A DNA stretch of 60,866 bases, the filler included, from Candidatus Tectimicrobiota bacterium (lineage in GTDB: Bacteria; JACPSX01), in the NCBI GenBank assembly GCA_016193065.1. It is 11 parts of 11 records of this genome, joined end to end, with 100 filler letters (N's around TTAATTAATTAA, not from the genome) between each part and the next. Parts side by side here need not be neighbours in the genome. Positions count along the whole stretch, not along the records: positions 43,935 to 48,231 come from JACPSX010000290.1; positions 48,332 to 52,633 come from JACPSX010000291.1; positions 52,734 to 56,806 come from JACPSX010000241.1; 8 more parts are not named here. One strand, 5' to 3'. Made by a program: the position numbers and the translations under genes. Below, one piece after another: positions 45,662-53,569 of the stretch. The notes under the pieces are model-generated. The model had not been told where the DNA came from, made no database searches, and saw only the letters and a list, made by a program, of their open reading frames with translations. Every line of letters begins with the position of its first letter. Position 1 is the stretch's first letter.

Positions 45662-45749
45662 GAAAAAGATAACCCCGCCCGGGCCTTGCGGCGTGTCGGA
45701 CGGGGAGCAAGTACCGACTCTAGTGTACGCCAAATCCCTATGCTGTCAA
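45662..45749 (-). promoter_or_regulatory. promoter plus leader hairpin/terminator upstream of NYN
   Basis: TTGACA-16-TACACT, then CCCCGTCCG..GCC-GCAA-GGC..CGGGCGGGG-TTATCTTTTT. Confidence 0.65.
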
Positions 45750-46099
45750 GCCCCATCATCGTACTGCCTCCACGAGGGTCCGTAGTGCCCGTACTGCTCG
45801 TTTGAGGAGGTCCCTGGCCTGGAGGAAGCCGATGCGGCACAATTCACTCGCTTCCCGTCACTGCAATCCGTTTGGAAAGATACTCCTTGGGCCACACCGA
45901 GAGGTGCGATTCACTTTTCGAATCCGACCCAACGTTCGTCGACGGCCATTTCTTCCTTCTGTGTCCCTGTGAGCTAGGGCTACGACCTGCTGGTAGTGGT
46001 GTAAGTTGAGAAAACTATATGAAAAATGAGCGGTTATGTCAAATCAGAAAATTATTGTTTCGCCAGCAACGGAGGACTGCTAGCGGAGGTCGGGGCTTT

Positions 46100-46147
46100 A
46101 AAACTCTCGTCTACGAGCCTGTCCACGTCGACTTTCTGCTGGGTCAG
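46100..46147. repeat. 48-bp direct repeat, copy 1 (copy 2 at 48062-48109)
   Basis: AAAACTCTCGTCTACGAGC-NN-GTCCACGTCGACTTTCTGCTGGGTCAG, 46/48 identical. Confidence 0.92.
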
Positions 46148-46313
46148 GTCTTGGGAGAACAGAGAATGGGGGAGAGACGAGCGGGATTTGTTCGACGGGG
46201 CGGCTACGACATCGGGGAGGGGAAGACTATTACTCTTTCTCCGCCAGGGAGCCCCGGGACCTCAGCCAAGGCATGTGGGGTGGCCGAGCCGTCTGATTTT
46301 TACTGGATGGCTG

Positions 46314-46410
46314 GTTTTCAGCATATGCTGAAAACGGTCGATTCAGTGAAAGCACTTGACCCTATATCAATTTCACTGTATACTCCATTTTCAGCGGATG
46401 GTGAAAATGG
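46314..46410 (+). promoter_or_regulatory. promoter with two inverted-repeat operators for the AbiE-type operon
   Basis: Perfect palindrome GTTTTCAGCATATGCTGAAAAC (46314-46335); TTGACC-17-TATACT; CCATTTTCA-N8-TGAAAATGG (46385-46410). Confidence 0.75.
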
Positions 46411-46418
46411 ATATCATA

Positions 46419-47477
46419 ATGAAAACCACGGAAAAGCGTCTCGTAGAAGAGGCGGATAAGGCACTCCGGAGGTGCCTGGAGCAGGTCCCCTCTCTGGCAA
46501 TAAAGAGGGTACAAAAGGGGGCTCGCCCGGGGACGATTTCCCCGGATCTGGCGCTCAAGCTCAAGACATCGGATGCGGAGCAAGCCGTGGTGGTCGAAGT
46601 CAGGAGCAGCGGCCAGCCTCGTGTGGTACGGGAGGCGGTGAACCAGCTCCTGCAGTACCGGTCCAAAAACCCCGAGGTTTATGGGGTCTTAGTGGCACCC
46701 TATCTGTCCCCACAATCCGCAGAGGTTTGCGCTGAGAATGGAATTGGGTACGTGGACTTGGCCGGAAACTGCCGACTGAGATTTCGCCAAGTGTATGTGG
46801 AGCGGAAGGGAAGACCCAACCCCGCTCCCCAGCGACGCAATCTCCGCTCCCTGTATTCTCCCCGGGCCACCCGCGTGCTGCGCGTTCTTTTGCTGGACCC
46901 CAAGAAGACATGGAAGTTGCAACCCTTGGCCCAAGAATCAGGCGTCAGCCTGGGGCAGGTTTTCAACGTCAAGAAGATGCTGGCGGACCGTGAGTGGATC
47001 CGGAGCAGCGAGGAGGGACTCCGGCTTGTTGAGCCCACCCCTTTGCTCGCCGAATGGTCGGAGAACTATAGTTATCGCCGCAACACGCCACGAGACTTCT
47101 ATTCGTTGGATCTCCCCGGCGATGTGGAAACAAAACTCGCCGGCGCATGTCGCGACGCAGGGATCACGTACGCGTTGACCGGATTCTCGGCGGCGGCGCG
47201 CCTGGCACCTGCGGTGCGCTATCAGCGCGTCACTGCATACGTGCAGGACGACATCAACGACATCGCGCAGCGTCTCGGCTTGAAGGAAGTGACATCCGGT
47301 GCCAATGTGACCCTCCTTTCACCGTATGACGAAGGGGTGTTTTACGGGGTGAGCGGGGTCAATGGAGTTGAGATTGTATCGGCCGTGCAAGCGTATCTGG
47401 ATCTGGTCGGATACCGCGGGCGGGGCGAAGAGGCCGCGACGTTCTTGCTCGAGCAAGTAATCCAGCGCCGATGGTAG
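46419..47477 (+). CDS. type IV TA AbiEi-like antitoxin (DUF2186-type); start uncertain
   Basis: APYLS, YVDLAGN, wHTH LAQESGVSLGQV, YALTGFSAA, GANVTLL, QAYLDL...RGEEAA. Confidence 0.8.
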   Translation: MKTTEKRLVEEADKALRRCLEQVPSLAIKRVQKGARPGTISPDLALKLKTSDAEQAVVVEVRSSGQPRVVREAVNQLLQYRSKNPEVYGVLVAPYLSPQSAEVCAENGIGYVDLAGNCRLRFRQVYVERKGRPNPAPQRRNLRSLYSPRATRVLRVLLLDPKKTWKLQPLAQESGVSLGQVFNVKKMLADREWIRSSEEGLRLVEPTPLLAEWSENYSYRRNTPRDFYSLDLPGDVETKLAGACRDAGITYALTGFSAAARLAPAVRYQRVTAYVQDDINDIAQRLGLKEVTSGANVTLLSPYDEGVFYGVSGVNGVEIVSAVQAYLDLVGYRGRGEEAATFLLEQVIQRRW

Positions 47478-47907
47478 ATACCCGAACGGATTATTCCCCA
47501 GACGAGGTGACAGCCGCCCGCTCCATGATGTTGGAGTTGGTTCAACTGCTCGGGGAATACAAGGACGATATGGTTATCGTGGGCGGGTGGGTACCGGAGC
47601 TGCTGCTGCCGGCGGCCCAGACGAAACATATCGGCAGTACGGATGTGGATGTGGCGCTCGACCACCGGAGGATCACCGAGGCCGGCTATCAGACAATCCG
47701 AGCACACCTGTTGCGGCACGGCTATGTTGAAGGAAAGCAGCCTTTCATTTTTCTCCGTGAGGTCCAGGTGAACGGTCGCCCGAGCACATCGGGCCGAAGT
47801 TCGTTGCGGATTTCGATGAACTGACTGATCCGGAAGCACGAGCCCTCCGACAACGAGATGCGTTTGAGCGGGTAAGCTACCTGCTTGATAGGCTGGAAAC
47901 GGCATGA
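47471..47907 (+). pseudogene. AbiEii-like nucleotidyltransferase toxin with internal deletion near 47780
   Basis: VIVGGWVP, GSTDVD NTase motif; the C-terminus EHIGPKFVADF...RDAFERV* resumes in another frame. Confidence 0.75.
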
Positions 47908-48029
47908 ACCAGAAGCTGAACCAGGTTTTTCGGGACCAGGTCGTCGACAAGGTACATATCATCAACACGGGTGTAGGCGAGTTTCCGCGCTACGTCCCGG
48001 AGTACCTTTTCCCCGTCCAAGCTTACTGA
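47904..48029 (+). pseudogene. 5' stub resembling BREX BrxL
   Basis: MNQKLNQVFRDQVVDK...FPRYVPEYL resembles the BrxL-type KLN..F.G.VV.K...P.YV.EYL N-terminus; ATGA-coupled to the toxin. Confidence 0.5.
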
Positions 48030-48118
48030 TACCGGCCAAGTCGTTTCGCTGCCTTCTGAGCAAAACTCTCGTCTACGAGCTGGTCCACGTCGACTTTCTG
48101 CTGGGTCAGACCGAGGGA
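48023..48118 (-). pseudogene. orphan 3' end of an ABC substrate-binding protein gene (contains repeat copy 2)
   Basis: SLGLTQQKVDVDQLVDESFAQKAAKRLGRYQ*; in-frame stop just upstream. Confidence 0.5.
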
Positions 48119-48162
48119 AGACCGGCCTCAGGATTTCTCCGGAGAGATGTCAAGAATCTGAA

Positions 48163-48231
48163 AGGGCGGCCAACACCCAGAGGGTATCCGGGCCGCCCCT
48201 ACATTGGAAAAGCCTGGATTCCGGCTTTCGC
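48163..48231. repeat. REP-like palindromes
   Basis: GGGCGGCC...GGCCGCCCCTAC (GTAG-type) and CTGGATTCCGGCTTTCGC, cut by the contig end. Confidence 0.5.
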
Positions 48232-48331
48232 NNNNNNNNNNNNNNNNNNNNNNNNNNNNNNNNNNNNNNNNNNNNTTAATTAATTAANNNNNNNNNNNNN
48301 NNNNNNNNNNNNNNNNNNNNNNNNNNNNNNN

Positions 48332-48514
48332 AGCTCCAGCGTGGAGGGTTGGTTCAAGCTCGGCCAGGCGTTGAATCACCTCGGCCAGCGGGACGAGGCG
48401 CGGACCGCGCTCCAGGAAGCCATCTCCTCTTACCGCACCGCCCCCTGGTACCAGCGGGCCGAGGGCCGCCCCTGGGTCCGCCGCGCCCGCCGCCTCCTTC
48501 GCTCAATCCGCTGA
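48332..48514 (+). CDS. TPR-like protein C-terminus (5'-partial)
   Basis: EGWFKLGQALNHLGQRDEARTALQEAI...WVRRARRLLRSIR*. Confidence 0.7.
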   Translation, partial: SSSVEGWFKLGQALNHLGQRDEARTALQEAISSYRTAPWYQRAEGRPWVRRARRLLRSIR

Positions 48515-48528
48515 ATTTTCTTCGGTCC

Positions 48529-48681
48529 CCGGCCACCGACCCCTGGCCCCCAACCCCCTGGCTTGACCTGTCCCGCCGCACCCAGCGCCTCTTCCGCTCT
48601 CTTCGCCGCTCCCCCCACGAACTGCGCCAGGCCTGCCTGATTGTGGGCCGGGATCCATCAGTACTTCAATGGAACGCCCCT
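48529..48681. repeat. imperfect ~150-bp direct repeat, copy 1 (copy 2 at 49765-49907)
   Basis: Shared CCGGCCnCCGACCCCTGnCCCCCA, GGCTTGACCnGT, a copy of the TPR gene 3' end, and ATCAnTACTTCAATGGAACGnCCCT (23/25). Confidence 0.8.
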
Positions 48682-48737
48682 CCCACGCCCCCCCAATGGG
48701 ACTTGACCCTGGGGCCGTGGTATGACATAAGTAACAC

Positions 48738-49025
48738 ATGACCCCGATGGGGACAATGCCTTGGGGCGACGACCCCCTTGTCGACTGGGATGAGGAGAAC
48801 GAAGAACATGTCTCCAGACACGGCATCGCCTCCTGGGAGGTCGAAGAAATGATCACCCAGGGCGAATGTGAGTGCGTTCGTCACCCGAGGTGGAGGAAGG
48901 GCGGCAAATATGCAAACCGATTCCTCCTGCGGGGCCGCACCCTGGGTGGCCGTCCGCTTCTTGTGGTGGTGGACCGTATCGGGCTGGAGCGGCTTCGGCC
49001 CGTGACAGCATGGGAGGACCGATAG
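48738..49025 (+). CDS. BrnT-like toxin; start uncertain
   Basis: DWDEENEEHVSRHGIASWEVEE, GRTLGGRPLLVV, RPVTAW. Confidence 0.82.
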   Translation: MTPMGTMPWGDDPLVDWDEENEEHVSRHGIASWEVEEMITQGECECVRHPRWRKGGKYANRFLLRGRTLGGRPLLVVVDRIGLERLRPVTAWEDR

Positions 49026-49039
49026 GAGGTGATATACGC

Positions 49040-49345
49040 ATGGCAAAGCGGATTGAAGACATGACGCGCGAGGAGATCCTGAAGGAGTTTGAGGGGGGAG
49101 CGGTCCTCTTCAGGGTCCCGCGGCGGCCCAGGAGGCTTGTCCCCCTGACGCTTCGGGTCCATCCAGACCTCATCCGGCAACTCGGCGCGGAAGCCAAGCG
49201 TCGAGGCGTCTCAGGCCATACGACGATGGCCCGGTTGCTCCTTGAGGCGGCGATGGCCAAGCCCCAAAAGGTGTTGGCCGAAGAGATCGCCGAGGCGGTT
49301 GTTGCAAAGCTCGGACGGCGCCCGCTGAAGGAGGTCCTCAGGTGA
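49040..49345 (+). CDS. BrnA/CopG-like ribbon-helix-helix antitoxin
   Basis: LTLRVHPDLIRQLGAEAKRRGVSGHTTMARLLL; strong AGGAGGTG RBS; directly after the toxin. Confidence 0.72.
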   Translation: MAKRIEDMTREEILKEFEGGAVLFRVPRRPRRLVPLTLRVHPDLIRQLGAEAKRRGVSGHTTMARLLLEAAMAKPQKVLAEEIAEAVVAKLGRRPLKEVLR

Positions 49346-49665
49346 GGGGGAAGACGAATCACATCGATGGAGACGCGCTGGCTCATCTGGCACGCCTCCG
49401 GCGAAGGCTGTCTCCGGAGGAGCGGGCCGCCTACGATGAGCGGATTCTCGCGATCCGCACAGTTCTGGAGCTGGCCGACCACCGGCGGAAGCGCCGCCTT
49501 TCGCAGAAGACGATCGCCGAGCGCATGGGGGTTACACAGCCCGTCATCGCCCGCCTGGAAAAGCCCTTTGACGCCGCCTGGCGCCAGCCTTCTCTCAGCG
49601 TGCTTTCCCGCTACGCCGCTGCTCTGGGCCTTGTCCTGGAGGTGCGTCTCCGCCGGGCCGCATAA
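49342..49665 (+). CDS. XRE-family HTH regulator
   Basis: RKRRLSQKTIAERMGVTQPVIARLE...PSLSVLSRYAAALG; GTGA overlap. Confidence 0.85.
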   Translation: MRGKTNHIDGDALAHLARLRRRLSPEERAAYDERILAIRTVLELADHRRKRRLSQKTIAERMGVTQPVIARLEKPFDAAWRQPSLSVLSRYAAALGLVLEVRLRRAA

Positions 49666-49969
49666 CTCAGCCCCATGGCCTCCACCGGGGGGCATTAGGC
49701 CGAGACAGGAATTGGTGCCACCTCCTGCGCGTGCAGAGCACACCGCCCTAACGGCACCCCTGGACCGGCCCCCGACCCCTGACCCCCAGGCTTGACCCGT
49801 ACCGCCGCGCCCGCCGCCTTCGTCGCTCGGTCCGCTGACTCTCCCCGAATTGGAACGGTGGCAGACCTACGCATTTGGGCCTATCAATACTTCAATGGAA
49901 CGTCCCTGTCCACACAGACCGAGAAACCTCGACCACGGCGGGTGGTCAGCCACTCTGTTTCCGTCGATA

Positions 49970-50710
49970 TCAGCTGAAGAGTTCGTCCTCTACTAGCTTC
50001 ATACACCGATTCACATAGAACATATCCGGCTCATGCTTGGTGGCGCGGACCCTTATCTCGAACCTTGGGGCTCTTGGTTCATTAGAGTCGAAGAGGATGA
50101 GACCAATTCCGAAGATTCGGCACAGGGTATCCAACCGGGCGGTGTCCTCCTCCGGCGAATCGCCGGGAATAACAATATAGGACTTATGACTGAACAGTCG
50201 ATAGGCACATGCCTGACCGAACGCCGTGATCAAGTTTGCGGAGTCCACCTTGACCTCAGCCGAGACAATCTCCGTAGGGAATCTGATAATGTCGCTTTTC
50301 CTGGGTTCTCGAATGCCAATGACGTCCGGGGTCCCCCACTTGTCCTTGAACCTGTTACCACCAACCGGAATCGCCTTCGTGCACTCCTCCAGTTCTTTCA
50401 CGAGCCAGTCTGCGAACGATTCGTAGAACTTCTCCTCCTTGACTTTTCCCACAGGAGATGATGGTGGCTCCGCCACCTCCGGTCGCTGACCCTCGCGAAA
50501 ATGCATGTGCAAGTACATACCCCGTGCCGGCTTATACGCCTCGTTTGGAAGTAGAACTTCAAGCCTCCAGAGATATCCGTGGATTGTGTTGACCGGTATT
50601 TTGGGCAGTGCCTCTTGAACTCGGCGTACCAAGTCTGAGTAGCGAATTCCGTGTGGTGTGCGCTTGAGAAGCTCTACGGCCTTTCCGAGGATCTGTTCCT
50701 TGTTGGTCAT
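49970..50710 (-). CDS. wHTH + PD-(D/E)xK nuclease-like protein
   Basis: N-terminal helical wHTH; TPDVIG, AEVK, GQACAY. Confidence 0.7.
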   Translation of the reverse strand: MTNKEQILGKAVELLKRTPHGIRYSDLVRRVQEALPKIPVNTIHGYLWRLEVLLPNEAYKPARGMYLHMHFREGQRPEVAEPPSSPVGKVKEEKFYESFADWLVKELEECTKAIPVGGNRFKDKWGTPDVIGIREPRKSDIIRFPTEIVSAEVKVDSANLITAFGQACAYRLFSHKSYIVIPGDSPEEDTARLDTLCRIFGIGLILFDSNEPRAPRFEIRVRATKHEPDMFYVNRCMKLVEDELFS

Positions 50711-50836
50711 AAAAGCACCTCCGCTCGCCTAATGCCAAGGTGCCCAGTCAGAATTGGAACGGTTACTGGAACCCACATGCACCCCCCAATAGGATTCTCG
50801 TGCCGGCCGCTAACGCCACAATGGCAACCCGCCAGA

Positions 50837-52627
50837 TTAGGTTACAGCTTTACTAAGTCTGCTGACCTCGTGCATTGTCAAGACCCTGTGGTAGGTCAGG
50901 AGCCACCGCTCTTTGATATAGGCAACCTCCCCCCTCGCATCTTTCACCGCGAAATCCCCTGTCTCGGCATTGGCCAAATTGTGCTTCACTCGCTCTAGCT
51001 CGCTCCCCCACACAGCCATGCCCTCAAGCACCTTCTTTCGGTCTCTGTCAGTCGCCAGCTTGCCCGCGATCCAAGTGTTACAGTTGCTGAGAGCCTTGTA
51101 GTCAATGTCTCCAGGGTTCTGTGTCGCGAAGACACAGCAAACACCGTAAGCTCGTCCTTGTCGCAGGAGGTAATTTAGTCCCCACTTCGCTGCACACTCG
51201 TATGGAAAGCTTGGGAAGAGCGCTTGCTTACCCCCGCCTCCACCAATTTCGTCAATAAAGAAAACCAGCCTCGGCCTGCTGGTGCCCGGCTGCTTCCTCA
51301 TCCACTTATAGATGTCGTAGGCCACTTGAGCTACCACAAAACTCCTATCCTCGAAGGAATCTAGGTCCGTCAGGTTGATCACGTTTAGCGGGGTCTTCCC
51401 GTCTTCCGTATTCAGGAATTGCCTCTCGACGCTCAATGGGTCTCCCTCAAACCACATGGTCTCAGGGCCTGAGAGCATCGTGTTTATCTTGTTCAGAAGC
51501 CTTGCCTTCCGGTTTTCGGCGGCGATGTACTGCTCAACAGGTAAGCCGCCGATTTCCGTAAAGGGCGGATTGTCGGAAAGTCTTAGGAGCTGGAAAAGAC
51601 CATCCTTACCACTTAGGTCAATGCCGTGGAGCCAGCAATGGTGCACTATCTCGTAGAGGTAATTCCTCTCGTTCTCTATCTTGACTCGCTTTACATTCGG
51701 GTAGAGACGGTCAACGAATGCAGTGGTTAGCGAGGCAACAAGGTTGTTGAATGTCTCGCGATCCGTCTTATAGAGCTCTATTGCGTCCCCTGGCGCAGCC
51801 AGGGGAGATGAGAATGCAATGGGAATTCCCTTGCTGGAGCGCGGAGTGAAGATCCTGATCGCAACCTTTTCCTTGAAGTCCTTTACATTCTTGTAGTCAA
51901 TCCCGTGTTCACCTAGCTTCTCTCTGTGCCTACGCGCTTCCTTTTCGGCCGCGATCCTTCTTTCACCTTCGTTCTTCGCCTCCACCCAGGGTGCGAACTC
52001 CTCGTTGTCTAGGGAGTCAAATTTGATGGCGATTGAGCTAAAGTCCCCCTTCAAGTCAATCATTATTGAGGGGATACCGCGCAGGGCAGCCTCTTCGATC
52101 AGCGCCTTGCCCAGGACAGTCTTGCCGGATCCGGTCACCCCACACACAAACACGTGCGTAAGAAGGTCAGCTTCGGAAAGGAGGTACTTACTTGTCAGCT
52201 CCCTTTTGCTGCTCCCAAGCATGTAGTATTGTCTGCCCAGATAGAGCCCCTCACGCTCCTCCCCCGACCCGCTCCTATCATGGGAAATGCGAAAGAGCTT
52301 TTCCTCCTTGTTCAGGCACTCAAGAAGTATGCTATCCTCCGGACTGACTCCGGTCGTGCGATACCATTCTCCGAGACCCCCGAGCAGCCCGCGCCGTGGC
52401 CACAAGTCCAGTATGATCTTGTTCCCAGCAGCATCTTTGAAAAAGAGTGGCTCTTTTTCCTCGGACGAAGCAACAAGGTCCAGGAACTCCCGCGGAACCT
52501 CCAGGTACTCCCGCTTGAATCTCTTGGCTGAGATCCTGAACACCTCTCCTACCTCACTAGAGCTAGCCTCTGAGACAACTTCGCCTGTAGACGGATCGAT
52601 CTTGTGACTAACATCTCCCTCGTTCAT
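50837..52627 (-). CDS. HerA/FtsK-family (DUF87/DUF853-like) ATPase with extra N-terminal domain (possibly 5'-partial)
   Basis: THVFVCGVTGSGKT, IDLKGD, FFIDEIG, RQGRAYG, ATQNPGDIDYK; frame stays open to the contig edge. Confidence 0.85.
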   Translation of the reverse strand: MNEGDVSHKIDPSTGEVVSEASSSEVGEVFRISAKRFKREYLEVPREFLDLVASSEEKEPLFFKDAAGNKIILDLWPRRGLLGGLGEWYRTTGVSPEDSILLECLNKEEKLFRISHDRSGSGEEREGLYLGRQYYMLGSSKRELTSKYLLSEADLLTHVFVCGVTGSGKTVLGKALIEEAALRGIPSIMIDLKGDFSSIAIKFDSLDNEEFAPWVEAKNEGERRIAAEKEARRHREKLGEHGIDYKNVKDFKEKVAIRIFTPRSSKGIPIAFSSPLAAPGDAIELYKTDRETFNNLVASLTTAFVDRLYPNVKRVKIENERNYLYEIVHHCWLHGIDLSGKDGLFQLLRLSDNPPFTEIGGLPVEQYIAAENRKARLLNKINTMLSGPETMWFEGDPLSVERQFLNTEDGKTPLNVINLTDLDSFEDRSFVVAQVAYDIYKWMRKQPGTSRPRLVFFIDEIGGGGGKQALFPSFPYECAAKWGLNYLLRQGRAYGVCCVFATQNPGDIDYKALSNCNTWIAGKLATDRDRKKVLEGMAVWGSELERVKHNLANAETGDFAVKDARGEVAYIKERWLLTYHRVLTMHEVSRLSKAVT

Positions 52628-52733
52628 CCCCAGNNNNNNNNNNNNNNNNNNNNNNNNNNNNNNNNNNNNNNNNNNNNTTAATTAATTAANNNNNNNNNNN
52701 NNNNNNNNNNNNNNNNNNNNNNNNNNNNNNNNN

Positions 52734-52863
52734 CTTGTTGAGGGGTTAGGCCGTTGGCGAGAGGATCCAGAACATCGCTGACGCGAATGCGCAACCCGCG
52801 AATGCAGGGGCGACCGCCACATTGCTCTGGATCAACCGTGATTCGTTCAGCAAGTTCAGCCAT
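52734..52863 (-). CDS. DUF433 antitoxin-like protein (3'-partial)
   Basis: RITVDPEQCGGRPCIRGLRIRVSDVL. Confidence 0.88.
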
Positions 52864-53114
52864 TCGAATGACCTCCAACTCATGAGATTACCAGCAGCAA
52901 GGGCCAGCGTCTCTCAGCCCTTCCCGTTTTGATTTCCATTCATTATAGCATCCGATCAACAAAAGTTGACCAAGAATGAAAGCCATCGAGTCCTTAGGGA
53001 CGGACTCCTCTCTCATGCATTTTCCTCCGAGGGTATTGTATGGGGAAAATCCTACCCAAAGGAACTGAGCGAGTCAATCAGGAAAAGGACGAAAGAAGTT
53101 TTAGTGTAATCCGC

Positions 53115-53390
53115 TTAGCCGCTTACGACGACGGTCCACGGCTGGACGCGCCACTGGGTGACAAGTCGGTTGGCTGCATAGGGATCCTTCTTCACGAAAC
53201 CCTCGACATCCTGCACATCATTGGTTCGGAAGACCAGAACGGCGCCGTCTGGCCGCTCGCCGGCGGCCCCCGCCATGACGATCTCGCCCCGTTCGTGTGC
53301 TTCCCGGACCAGTTTCAGGTGCTCCTCGCGGTAGGGGGCCCGGCGTTCGCCGATGTTCTCGACGAAGTCGTAGGAAAGCAAGTAATGCAT
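53115..53390 (-). CDS. YciI-family protein
   Basis: RAPYREEHL, MAGA, DGAVLVF, DPY, WRVQPW. Confidence 0.85.
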   Translation of the reverse strand: MHYLLSYDFVENIGERRAPYREEHLKLVREAHERGEIVMAGAAGERPDGAVLVFRTNDVQDVEGFVKKDPYAANRLVTQWRVQPWTVVVSG

Positions 53391-53569
53391 CCGGCACATC
53401 CAACTCGGGTGAACTTTCCGGTCTCGATGGTCTTCTTCCGGATAGAGCCCAAGGCCGTTGCGCAGACGGAAGGTTTGCAGAGAGCGGATACGGGATCGCA
53501 CACACCGGTCTCGCCGGGCTGGACGGCGTTGGATTCCGGAATCGCGGGGGTTGCCAGTCCGACGAACCA

